Source: Longimicrobiales bacterium
Lineage (GTDB): Bacteria; Gemmatimonadota; Gemmatimonadetes; Longimicrobiales; Gaopeijiaceae
Reading direction: 5' to 3'
Length of the DNA stretch: 64,000 nt
Assembly: GCA_965203485.1 (NCBI GenBank)
Contig: OZ241892.1
Location: forward strand, 1,504,001-1,568,000
Numbering within the stretch: position 1 is the first letter of the stretch; each line of letters begins with the position of its first letter. The notes below the pieces were generated by a model that was not told the DNA's origin, made no database searches, and was given only the letters and a program-made list of their open reading frames with translations. The translations under genes and the position numbers were made by a program. Shown piece after piece: positions 12,373-21,445 of this stretch.

Positions 12373-14907
12373 ATGACGGCAAGGCGCGCGGACGGCCACG
12401 AGGAGCGCCGTCTGGAAGACTACCGGGCCAAGCGGTCGGCGTCGTCCACGGGCGAGCCCTTCAGCGGCGACGCGAGCGCGGGCGGACGGCTGTTCGTGGT
12501 GCAGAAGCACAAGGCGAGCTCCCTTCACTGGGACCTCCGCCTGGAGATGGGCGGCGTGCTGGTCTCGTGGGCCGTGCCCAAGGGGCCGTCTCCCAACCAG
12601 TCCGACAAGCGGCTGGCCGTGCACGTGGAAGACCATCCGCTCGAGTACGCCGACTTCGAGGGCGTGATTCCAGCGGACAACTACGGCGCAGGGCCGTCGA
12701 TCGTGTGGGACCGCGGCTGCTGGCGGCCCGTGGGCGATCCCGCCGATGGGATGGACAAGGGGAAGCTCCTCTTCGACCTGCACGGCTACAAGCTGCGCGG
12801 CAGGTGGACGCTGATCCGCACCAAGGGCGGCGAGGCCAACCACTGGCTGCTGGTCAAGGAGAGCGACGCGTACGAAGACCCGGACGGACGCACCGAGGAC
12901 TATCCGGACGACTCCATCCTGTCGGGACTGACCGTCGAGCAGCTGGGACGGGGCGGCGACGTGGGCGGCCCGATCCGCGAGCGTTGTCGGCGGCTCGGAG
13001 CCGAGGAGTCGGCCGTGGACGCCGAGGCCGTGGCGCTGATGCATGCCGAGTCCACGGCGGCGGCGTTTTCGCGCGACGGGTGGGTGTTCGAGCTCAAGTA
13101 CGACGGCTACCGGTTGCTCGGAGAGCGGCGGGGACGGGAGGCGCGGCTCCTTTCGAGGAACGGCAACGACCTCACGCGGACGTTCCCGGAAGTTGCTCGG
13201 GCGCTGGGCGGCCTGCCCTACGGGGGCCTCGTGCTCGACGGCGAAGTCGTGGTGACCGGAGAGTCCGGCCTCCCCAGCTTCCGGCTGATCCAGAAGCGGG
13301 GACGGCTGGCGCGCGAACGCGACGTGGCCCGGGCGGCCGCGGCTTCGCCGGCGACGTACTTCGCCTTCGACCTGCTGTCGTTCGAGGGGTTGGACCTGCG
13401 TCCCCTGCCCCTTCTGGACCGCAAGGACATCCTGCGCGCCGTGCTTCCGTCGGTGGGTCCCATTCGCTACTCGGAACACGTCGCCCGGGAAGGAGACGCC
13501 GTCTTCGCGCGGGTCGCCGAGATGGGACTGGAAGGCATCGTCGGCAAGCGGGCGGATTCGCCCTACTCCGGCGGACGCAGTCGTTCCTGGGTGAAGGTGC
13601 GGGTGATGCGCGCCGGAGACTTCGCGGTGCACGGCTTCACGGAGCCGGACGCCCGCGACGGATTCGGGGCGCTCCACTTGGCGCAGTACGACGAGCAGGG
13701 CGAAGCGGTCTACCGAGGACGGGTGGGCAGCGGGTTTTCGGCGCAGGCGATGGCGGAGCTCGGCGCGAAGCTTCGCGGTCTTGGGCCCGCGTCGCCTCCG
13801 AAGGGGGCGGAAGCGGTCGGCTCGGGGCGGCACCGGTGGGTGATCCCGGCGCTGGTCGTCGAGGTGAGGTACCAGGAGACGACGGAGGCCGGGCACCTGC
13901 GCCAGCCGTCGTTCCTGAGGGTGCGCGACGACAAGCGGCCATCCGAATGCACGTTTGCCGAAGTCGCCGGCCCACTGCCGGAACCGGCGGAGATCGAGGC
14001 GTCCGAGGTCGCGAAGACGGTCCACTTCTCGAACTTGGACAAGACGTTCTGGCCCGAGGACGGGTACTCGAAGCGCGAGCTGGTCGACTACTACCGCGCC
14101 GTCTCCCGCTGGATGCTGCCGCATCTGCGCGACCGGCCCATCGTCCTCACGCGCTATCCGGACGGCATCCACGGCAAGTCGTTCTTCCAAAAGAACGCGC
14201 CGGCCTTCGCGCCCTCGTGGGTTCGGCGGGTGCGCATCTACAGCGAAGGCGCCGAGCGGGAGGTCGACTACTTCGTGGCCGACGACGCCGAGACCCTCCT
14301 CTACGTGGCCAACAGCGCCAGCATTCCCCTGCACGTGTGGCTGAGCCGCGTGTCGGACTTGGCTCATCCCGACTACTGCGTGCTCGACCTCGATCCCAAG
14401 GACGCGCCGTTCGCGCACGTCGTGGAGATCGCTCGGTTCGTCAAGGAGCTGGCCGACGAGATCCGGCTGCCCGCCTTCGTGAAGACGAGCGGGTCCACCG
14501 GGCTGCACGTGGCGTTCCCGCTCGGCGGCGCCGCGACCTACCGCCAGTCGCGGACGATCGGCGAACTTCTGGCGTTGGCGGTCGTCCGGGAGATGGAAAG
14601 CCTCGCGACGGTGGCGCGCAGGCCTTCGCAGCGCGAAGGCAAGGTATACGTGGACTTCCTCCAGAACGGGCACGGCCGCCTCATCGTCGCCCCGTACTGC
14701 GTGCGGCCCTTGGCGGGGGCGCCCGTCTCCGCGCCGCTCGACTGGGCCGAGGTGGACGAGGAGCTGTCGTTGCGAGACCACACCATCCGCACCGTGCCGG
14801 GCCGCATGGAAGCGCTCGGGCGGGACCCGTTCGCAGGCGTGCTGGATGCGAAGCCGGACTTGCGGGGCTCGCTGGACCGCCTCCGGGGAGCCCTGGGCGG
14901 CCCATAG
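12373..14907 (+). CDS. ligD: NHEJ DNA ligase D (phosphoesterase-ligase-polymerase)
   Basis: PE domain (FVVQKH..LHWDLRLE, SWAVPKGPS, EDHP), ligase (ELKYDGYR, EGIVGKR, WVKV), Pol (RYPDG, DLDP, KTSGSTGLHV, YVDFLQN). Confidence 0.96.
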   Translation: MTARRADGHEERRLEDYRAKRSASSTGEPFSGDASAGGRLFVVQKHKASSLHWDLRLEMGGVLVSWAVPKGPSPNQSDKRLAVHVEDHPLEYADFEGVIPADNYGAGPSIVWDRGCWRPVGDPADGMDKGKLLFDLHGYKLRGRWTLIRTKGGEANHWLLVKESDAYEDPDGRTEDYPDDSILSGLTVEQLGRGGDVGGPIRERCRRLGAEESAVDAEAVALMHAESTAAAFSRDGWVFELKYDGYRLLGERRGREARLLSRNGNDLTRTFPEVARALGGLPYGGLVLDGEVVVTGESGLPSFRLIQKRGRLARERDVARAAAASPATYFAFDLLSFEGLDLRPLPLLDRKDILRAVLPSVGPIRYSEHVAREGDAVFARVAEMGLEGIVGKRADSPYSGGRSRSWVKVRVMRAGDFAVHGFTEPDARDGFGALHLAQYDEQGEAVYRGRVGSGFSAQAMAELGAKLRGLGPASPPKGAEAVGSGRHRWVIPALVVEVRYQETTEAGHLRQPSFLRVRDDKRPSECTFAEVAGPLPEPAEIEASEVAKTVHFSNLDKTFWPEDGYSKRELVDYYRAVSRWMLPHLRDRPIVLTRYPDGIHGKSFFQKNAPAFAPSWVRRVRIYSEGAEREVDYFVADDAETLLYVANSASIPLHVWLSRVSDLAHPDYCVLDLDPKDAPFAHVVEIARFVKELADEIRLPAFVKTSGSTGLHVAFPLGGAATYRQSRTIGELLALAVVREMESLATVARRPSQREGKVYVDFLQNGHGRLIVAPYCVRPLAGAPVSAPLDWAEVDEELSLRDHTIRTVPGRMEALGRDPFAGVLDAKPDLRGSLDRLRGALGGP

Positions 14908-14946
14908 GCTGTCGTCGGGGCCGCTCGGCGCCGGGTCCCGCCGGAG

Positions 14947-16323
14947 TTACGCTTTGCCCGCCGCCGGGATGCCGAACTCGCGCAACGTGGTATCGACGGT
15001 GGGACGGCCCACGCGCATGCGGTCGTCGTTGAGCAGGTAGGAGAAGAGGTAGCCGGCGCCGAGCATGAATATGCCGATGAGGAAGCAGTACATGACGGCG
15101 CGGTCCGGGTACTGGTCCTTGAGGAAGCCTACGTACACGGGCCCGCAGATTCCCGCCATCGCCCAGGCCGTGAGAATCGCGCCGTAGATCGTCGACATCC
15201 TGCGAGAGCCGAACACGCCGAGGATGAAGGGAGGCATCGTGGCGAATCCACCGCCGAAGCAAAGGAGGACGTAGCAGACGAGCACCGAGAAGACCCAAGG
15301 ATTGGATTCGGTCATGAGCACGCCGAACACCACCATCTGGCTGGCCAGCAGGATGCGGAACACCTTGACTCGCCCGATCCGGTCCGACAGCGATCCCCAG
15401 AGCAGCCGGCCGCCGCCGTTGCACAAGGAGCTGACCGCGATCAGCGTCGCGCCGTACTCGGCGAGCGTCGCGGGCTCGACCGTGGGATCGGCAAGCCCCC
15501 AGACCTCCTGCAACAGCTCAGACTGGAAGCTGATGACCGATATCCCCGCCGCGATGTTGAAGAAGAACACCACCCACATCAGGACGAACTGCACCGACAT
15601 CAGGTAGGGTTTCGTCGTTTCGGGCGCGGGTCCCGCCACCGCGCCCAGCGGCCGGTCGGCCACGGACTCCGACCCCGGAGGATTGCTCAGCGCGAGGCTG
15701 CACGGGACCATCACGCAGGCGAACACGATGCCCAGCCCCACGAAGACGAGCGACAGGTCGCCCTCGGCCATGGCGATCAAGTACGGCGCCAAGCCCTTGC
15801 TCATCAGCAACGCGCCCAGCCCGAAGCCCATCACGACGATTCCGCTGACCCTGCCCTTCTGATCGGGAAACCACTTGACCGCCGTCGTGACGGGCGTGCC
15901 GTAGCCCAGGCCGATGCCCATGCCGCCGATCACGCCGAACCCCAGCACGAACAGCGGCACCAACTCCATCCGCAGGGCCAGTCCGGCGATCACGTAGCCG
16001 ACGGCGAACAGCAAGCTGCCCGCCAGCGCCATGCGGCGCGGTCCGACCCTGGGAAGCACGTTGCCCGCCCACGCCGCCGACATTCCGATCGAGAAGAACG
16101 CCGTGCTGATCGCCAAAGCCGTTTCGGTGTACGACCACCCGTACTGGCGCACCAGGATGGTCTGGAAGTAGCTCCACGCGTAGACGGTCCCGAAGCAGAT
16201 GTGCAACGCGGTGCAGTATACGACGATCAGCGTCCGCGGGGGCTTGGACACCCACTGCCAGTTCACTGCCGGGTCACGCCTCCCGCGGGTCGCCGGCCGG
16301 CCGCGGTTCCGGCGCTCCGACAT
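14947..16323 (-). CDS. MFS transporter, oxalate:formate antiporter (OFA) family
   Basis: GTVYAWS, GIGLGYGTP...KWFPD.KG..SG..VMGFGLG, NGGGRLLWGSLSDRIGR, FGGGFA; about 12 TMs. Alternative GTG start at 16266. Confidence 0.9.
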   Translation of the reverse strand: MSERRNRGRPATRGRRDPAVNWQWVSKPPRTLIVVYCTALHICFGTVYAWSYFQTILVRQYGWSYTETALAISTAFFSIGMSAAWAGNVLPRVGPRRMALAGSLLFAVGYVIAGLALRMELVPLFVLGFGVIGGMGIGLGYGTPVTTAVKWFPDQKGRVSGIVVMGFGLGALLMSKGLAPYLIAMAEGDLSLVFVGLGIVFACVMVPCSLALSNPPGSESVADRPLGAVAGPAPETTKPYLMSVQFVLMWVVFFFNIAAGISVISFQSELLQEVWGLADPTVEPATLAEYGATLIAVSSLCNGGGRLLWGSLSDRIGRVKVFRILLASQMVVFGVLMTESNPWVFSVLVCYVLLCFGGGFATMPPFILGVFGSRRMSTIYGAILTAWAMAGICGPVYVGFLKDQYPDRAVMYCFLIGIFMLGAGYLFSYLLNDDRMRVGRPTVDTTLREFGIPAAGKA

Positions 16324-17056
16324 GGGACGAAGGCCGCGAGAGATGGCTGACGATACGCGCCAAGTGTCCGGCCTCGTCGTCGCGCTCGAGCAAGCGTTCG
16401 GCCGCCGTCGCGGCGTCCGGATCGCCGCGCGCTACCGACACGGCGTATCCCAGGACGTCGCCCAACGGCTTGGCGGCCAGGTTCACGAACCAGATCGACG
16501 ACAGGAACCCCACGACGACGAGGATCGAGATCAGGTAGTTCTGCCGGCCGATCGCGCGTTGCACCTTGAGGGACACGTGGTCGGTGTTCGTGCCCACGTG
16601 CACGGTGCCGGCCACGCCCGCGAGAATGGGGCTTCCCACCTCGACGAAGCTGCCGGCGAGGCAGGCGGCGGGGCTGCAGCCGCCCGTGTTTCGCAACTGT
16701 CGCTCGACGGGCTCGGTGTTGTTGGGGTCGCTGTTGCGGATGTCCTCGGGGATTCCGGGGACAAACGTGTGCGCCAAGAACTCGCCGTCCTCGTTGGTGA
16801 TGTAGATGTAGTCGATGCTCGAGATCTCGGCGTACTGGTCGATCGTGGACTGCAGCGCCGACAAGCCGCGGTTCAGCAAGATGTCCACGCTGGCGTCCGC
16901 GATCGTCTTGGCGATGTTGCGGCTGTTGGTCTCGTACTCCTCCGAGAGCTGCGTGTCGATGGTGCGGTACCACAGCAACGAAGTCGACAGCAGGATGAGA
17001 AAGAAGAGGAAGAGGACGCCGAAGTGCGTCTTCCGGAAGAGCTTGTGGACCTTCAT
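16274..17056 (-). CDS. Membrane sensor-like protein: TM, periplasmic domain, TM, HAMP-like linker, no output domain
   Basis: N-terminal TM, Cache-like periplasmic segment (YIYITNEDGEFLAHT...GTVHVG), second TM, KPL...RDDEAGHLAR HAMP-like motif, then stop. Confidence 0.7.
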   Translation of the reverse strand: MKVHKLFRKTHFGVLFLFFLILLSTSLLWYRTIDTQLSEEYETNSRNIAKTIADASVDILLNRGLSALQSTIDQYAEISSIDYIYITNEDGEFLAHTFVPGIPEDIRNSDPNNTEPVERQLRNTGGCSPAACLAGSFVEVGSPILAGVAGTVHVGTNTDHVSLKVQRAIGRQNYLISILVVVGFLSSIWFVNLAAKPLGDVLGYAVSVARGDPDAATAAERLLERDDEAGHLARIVSHLSRPSSHVGAPEPRPAGDPREA

Positions 17057-18558
17057 GCCGAACCGGCTCGGGAGCCCAGCGCATCCCAGTCCTCGTCCTC
17101 CAGCGTCACGAAGCGGTCGTCCTCGACCTTGGTGTAGTACACTCGTTGCAGTCCCTGCCGCCGCTCAGGGCCGAACGAAACCATCTCGCCGATTCCCAGG
17201 TCGTAGTCGCGCACCGAGAAGACCGCCGGCTCGATGTCGCCGCGCTGCGGATGGGAGCCCAGGCGGCCCAGGATTTCGAACATGAGCTTGGCGTTCAGGA
17301 AGCCCTCGAGGCTCACGAAGCTGCGAAAGACCGGCTCGTACTCCTCCGTGACGAGTTCCGTCGGCGGCTGCGGATCGTAGCGGTCCATCATGTCGTGGTA
17401 CTCCCTCACCGCCGGGATCGAGGAGTCGTGGTAGCTGGGCACGACCTGGGAGTTTACGAGGAGCGACGTGTACCGGCCGCTGTCCTCGAGACCGGTAAGG
17501 CGGCCGAGCAGGTTCTCGCTTCCCACGAACGACAAATTGGCCATCGGAACTCGGAGGCCCGCGTCGACGGCGTCGCGCGCGAAGGCTGCGCAGGCGTTGT
17601 AGGAGCCCACGCAGATGACGGCCTGCGGGTCGCCCCGCTGAAGGATCTCGGCCTGGCTGCGCATGCTCGCGGTGAACTGCGCGCCCCGCCGGTAGGTGGC
17701 CTCCCCGGCCAGTGCGTGTCCGTGCCGCTCGAGCGCGCGCTTCACGCCATCCCAACCGCTGCGGCCGTAGGCGTCGGCTTGGTAGAACACGGCGATGCGG
17801 GTGCGGCCGGAGCGCACGAAGTTGTCCACGAGGCCCGCGGTCTCCTGGCGGTAGGACGCGCGCAGGTTGAACGCAAAATCGCCGTAGGGGGGCTCCCGTT
17901 GCGGCTGCGCGCCCGTGAACGGGAAGAACAGGTAGAAGTTGTCGTCCTGGAACTTCTTGAGCAAAGGCAGCACGCGCGTGACCGTCGGCGTCCCCACGTA
18001 GCCGAAGAGGAGAAAGACGTCGTCCTCGAGCATGAGGACCCGCGTGTTCTGCACCGACGGGTCGGGCTGGTAGCCGTCGTCGTAGAGCTTGAGGGCGATC
18101 TCGCGCCCGCCGACGCCGCCCCGCTGGTTGACGTGCTCGAAGTAGGCGGTGGCGCCGCGGTAGAGCTCGATACCCAGTCCCCGCGAGGATCCGGAAAACG
18201 CCGCGGACACGCCCAGCACGATCGGGTCCTCTTGGTCGGCCCGGGAGGTTCGGCGCGACGACGCGCTGGGCGTCGCGACGGCGGCTCTCGCCTTCGTGCC
18301 CTTGGCGACGGGCAACAACGCGCACCCGGCGAGCGCGCTCCGCAGGAGGCGTCTGCGGCTCACGGGACGGGCGGCTTCCGCGCCGACCGGGGGCCGGCTC
18401 TTCGGAGGGATCCGGCCGGACAGGCGCTCGGCGCCGGCCGACAGATGGGCAGGGCCGTCCGGCCTCTCGGTTCCTCGGCGTGCCGACCGCAGTTCGGGCC
18501 GGAACCGGCGGGCAAGCAAGGGTGAACGGGCGGGTACGTCGAGCACGGCTTCAGTCAT
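17053..18558 (-). CDS. Periplasmic substrate-binding protein (LivJ-like, type I fold)
   Basis: IVLGVSAAFSG...NQRGGVGGREI.LKLYDDGYQP, GYVGTPT, FNLRASY, DAYG. ATG 18558 overlaps the upstream stop; alternative GTG 18363 precedes Tat-like SRRRLL. Confidence 0.85.
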   Translation of the reverse strand: MTEAVLDVPARSPLLARRFRPELRSARRGTERPDGPAHLSAGAERLSGRIPPKSRPPVGAEAARPVSRRRLLRSALAGCALLPVAKGTKARAAVATPSASSRRTSRADQEDPIVLGVSAAFSGSSRGLGIELYRGATAYFEHVNQRGGVGGREIALKLYDDGYQPDPSVQNTRVLMLEDDVFLLFGYVGTPTVTRVLPLLKKFQDDNFYLFFPFTGAQPQREPPYGDFAFNLRASYRQETAGLVDNFVRSGRTRIAVFYQADAYGRSGWDGVKRALERHGHALAGEATYRRGAQFTASMRSQAEILQRGDPQAVICVGSYNACAAFARDAVDAGLRVPMANLSFVGSENLLGRLTGLEDSGRYTSLLVNSQVVPSYHDSSIPAVREYHDMMDRYDPQPPTELVTEEYEPVFRSFVSLEGFLNAKLMFEILGRLGSHPQRGDIEPAVFSVRDYDLGIGEMVSFGPERRQGLQRVYYTKVEDDRFVTLEDEDWDALGSRAGSA

Positions 18559-20614
18559 CGGCGTCCGTCGCTTGGTTGGGGGGGGCTGGCGACATGTCGC
18601 CATGCAAGGTAGTGCCCAGGTTTCGGCGAATCAATGCGCCGGGGTCGGGATCGCGGCCCATGAAGGACCGAAACAAATGTTCCGGGTCTTGGCGGTCGCC
18701 CTGCGACAGCACGCAGTCGAGGAACGCCCTGCCCGTCTCGGAGTTCATCGGACCTTCGCGGCGGAACCGGGAGAACGCGTCGGCCTCCAGCGTTTCGGAC
18801 CACAGGTAGGAATAGTAGGCGGATGCGTAGCCGCCGCCGAAAACATGCGAGAAGGACGGCAGTCCGTGCAACTCGGCGAAGCGCCGCGACGGAACGAAGG
18901 GCGCCAGCGTCTCGGCGGCGAACTCCACGACTGGAGTCCGGCCCCCGTAGCTGCGGTGAAGCTCCAGGTCCAGGTTGGCGAGCGAGAGCTGGCGCATTTG
19001 GCGCCATCCGCCCATGAACCGCCTCGCCGCCAGCAGCCGCTCCAGGACGTCGGGCGGCAACGGCCGCGCAGTCTCCCAATGACGCGCGAAGATGGCGAGC
19101 GACTCCGCCTCCCACGTCCAGTTCTCCATGATCTGCGACGGAACCTCCACCCAGTCCCAGGCCACGTTGATCCCGCCGCGGGCCGGAACCTCGACCCGCG
19201 AGGCTACATGGTGAAGCAGGTGACCGAACTCGTGAAAGAGCGTTCGCGCGTCCGCGTGCGTGAGCAACGCGGGCCGGCCGGCGGCCGGCGGCGTGAAGTT
19301 CGCCCCGACGAAGCCGAGGTTGGGCTCGAACCCGTCGCCGCGCGGGCCTCCGGCGACCAAGCTGTCCATCCACGCGCCCTGCCGCTTCGTTTCGCGCGGG
19401 AACCAGTCCGCGTAGAACGACCCGAGGTGCGTTCCGGCCTCGTCGCGAACCTCGAAGAAAGATACGTCCTCGTGCCAGACGGCGGAGTTGTCGATCCGTT
19501 CGACCGCCAAGCCGAACAGCCGCCCGGCGATCTCGAAGAGGCCGGCCTGCACTTCCTCCAGCGGAAACCAGGGACGCAGCGCCTCGTCGTCGACGCCGAA
19601 GCGGTCCTTGCGCATCTTCTCCGTCAGGAAGGCCACGTCCCAGGGTTCCAGCCGCTCGATGCCGGCGGCCCCGGCACGCGCCTCCAAGAGGGCCGCGTCG
19701 CGTTCGTAGAAGGGGCGCGTGCGCCCCGCCAGGTCGTCCAGGAAGCGTCCCACCTCGTCCCCGGTGCGCGCCATCGCGTCCTCGAGGCGGTAGTCAGGAA
19801 ACCCGTCGTAGCCCAAGAGGCCCGCCAGCTCGCGCCGCGCTTCCAGCAGGCGCTCGGCGACAGGGCGGTTGTCGTGCTCGCCTTCGCAACAGCGGCCCGC
19901 GTAGGCTTCGTGGATCTCGCGCCGCAGACCGCGGTCCTCGGCATGCTTGAGGACGGCTTGCACCGTTGGCATGTCCAGCGTCAGCACCCACCCCGGCAAC
20001 CCCCGCTCCTCGGCTCGGGCGGCGGCCAAGTCGCGCGCCGCGTCGGGAAGGCCGGCCAGCGCCTCAGGCTTCGTCACGTGCTTGGCGTAGGCGGCCGTCT
20101 CGTCGAGAACGTTCTCTTCAAAGCGACGGCCGAGTTCGCCCAGCTCGACGCGCAGCTCCTCCAGCCGCTCCTTGGCGTCCGGCTCCAAGTCCGCGCCGGC
20201 CCGGCGAAAGTCCTGAAGCGTCTTGCGCAGGTGCCGCGCTTGAAGCGGCGAAAGCGCGCCGGGCTCGGCCGACGCCGCGAATGCGCGCAACCTGCGGTAG
20301 AGGCCGTCATGGTGAAACAGCCGGCTCCAGAAGCGGGAGACGTCGGGCAGGACGGTCCCGTGCGCCTCGCGAAGCTCCGGGGTGGCGTGCACGTTGGCCA
20401 AGTGCGAGACCGGCGCCCAGACGCGGGCCACGCGGTCCGTCAGCTCGTCGAGAGCCGCGAGCGGGTCCTCGTGGACGTCCGCGGCGCCCTCCGCCACCGC
20501 GTCGATCCGTCCGCGCGCCTCGGCCAAGGCCGAGGACACGGCAGGCTCGACGTGGTCGGCCCGAATGCGGTCGAACGGGACGGGCTGCCCGCGCTCCAGG
20601 AGCGGGTTGCTCAA
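18551..20614 (-). CDS. prlC: Oligopeptidase A / M3 metallopeptidase
   Basis: SNPLL N-terminus, HEFGH zinc motif, WDWVEVPSQIMENW, FSHVFGGGYASAYYSYLWSE; TTG start overlapping upstream TGA. Confidence 0.9.
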   Translation of the reverse strand: MSNPLLERGQPVPFDRIRADHVEPAVSSALAEARGRIDAVAEGAADVHEDPLAALDELTDRVARVWAPVSHLANVHATPELREAHGTVLPDVSRFWSRLFHHDGLYRRLRAFAASAEPGALSPLQARHLRKTLQDFRRAGADLEPDAKERLEELRVELGELGRRFEENVLDETAAYAKHVTKPEALAGLPDAARDLAAARAEERGLPGWVLTLDMPTVQAVLKHAEDRGLRREIHEAYAGRCCEGEHDNRPVAERLLEARRELAGLLGYDGFPDYRLEDAMARTGDEVGRFLDDLAGRTRPFYERDAALLEARAGAAGIERLEPWDVAFLTEKMRKDRFGVDDEALRPWFPLEEVQAGLFEIAGRLFGLAVERIDNSAVWHEDVSFFEVRDEAGTHLGSFYADWFPRETKRQGAWMDSLVAGGPRGDGFEPNLGFVGANFTPPAAGRPALLTHADARTLFHEFGHLLHHVASRVEVPARGGINVAWDWVEVPSQIMENWTWEAESLAIFARHWETARPLPPDVLERLLAARRFMGGWRQMRQLSLANLDLELHRSYGGRTPVVEFAAETLAPFVPSRRFAELHGLPSFSHVFGGGYASAYYSYLWSETLEADAFSRFRREGPMNSETGRAFLDCVLSQGDRQDPEHLFRSFMGRDPDPGALIRRNLGTTLHGDMSPAPPNQATDADD

Positions 20615-21336
20615 CGCGGTCGCCCGCTGCCTGCGGCCTTCGCTCGGGCGCCGTCCAGCGCGTCGCGCATCCATGCGGCCGTTCGCCCAGCGAGCGCCGC
20701 GAGCACGTCGGCACGTCGGCGGCCCGAGCGCTTCGGCACGTCGAACGAATGGCCTGCGTCGTCCACCACGTGCAGGGCGGCTCTCGGGGCCATCCGGGCG
20801 AGAACCGGCTTCAGCAGGCCGATTTCCGCCAACCGGTCGCGCGTGCCCTGATGGAAGAGCATCGGGAGGCGCACGTCGGCCAGATGATCGGCCCTCGCCG
20901 TGCCCGGCCGGCCCGGAGGATGCAACGGAAAGCCGAAGAAGACCAAGCCGGCCGGCGCGAACGGCGGCGAACCGTTCGATGCGCCGGACCGCGCCGCCGC
21001 GAGCAAGGAAGTCATGCGCCCGCCCATCGACTTTCCGCCCGCGAACATGGGCGCGTCCCCCGCCAACCGGCCGCCGACCGCCAGGGCGCAGTCCACGACG
21101 GCGAGCAACTTGGCTCGCGGGTCCGGGCGTCTCCGCCCGGCTTCGGCGTACGCGAAGTTGTAGCGAAGCACGGAGACGCCCTCCGCCACGAGCGCGGCGG
21201 CCAGCCCCGCCATGAACGGATGCGTCATCGGGGCTCCGGCGCCGTGACCCAGAACCAACAGCGGCGACGCACCCGGCGCGCGGTCGAGCAGGCCCGACAC
21301 CGAGGGATGCCCGTCGCCTTCGATCGTCAACCGCAA
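20611..21336 (-). CDS. Alpha/beta hydrolase family protein
   Basis: HGAGA, GGKSMGGR nucleophile elbow, FPLHPPG, QGTRD, AGHSF. Confidence 0.88.
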   Translation of the reverse strand: MRLTIEGDGHPSVSGLLDRAPGASPLLVLGHGAGAPMTHPFMAGLAAALVAEGVSVLRYNFAYAEAGRRRPDPRAKLLAVVDCALAVGGRLAGDAPMFAGGKSMGGRMTSLLAAARSGASNGSPPFAPAGLVFFGFPLHPPGRPGTARADHLADVRLPMLFHQGTRDRLAEIGLLKPVLARMAPRAALHVVDDAGHSFDVPKRSGRRRADVLAALAGRTAAWMRDALDGARAKAAGSGRPR

Positions 21337-21445
21337 GCCGGTCGCTCTCGTCCGAATCGCGTCGGCGGCAACGGACGCGGCAAGCCGGCAACCGGGCAGA
21401 ACGCCCGCTGGACGGCGCCGAAGCCGCTCCCCTGCCGCGAAGCTC

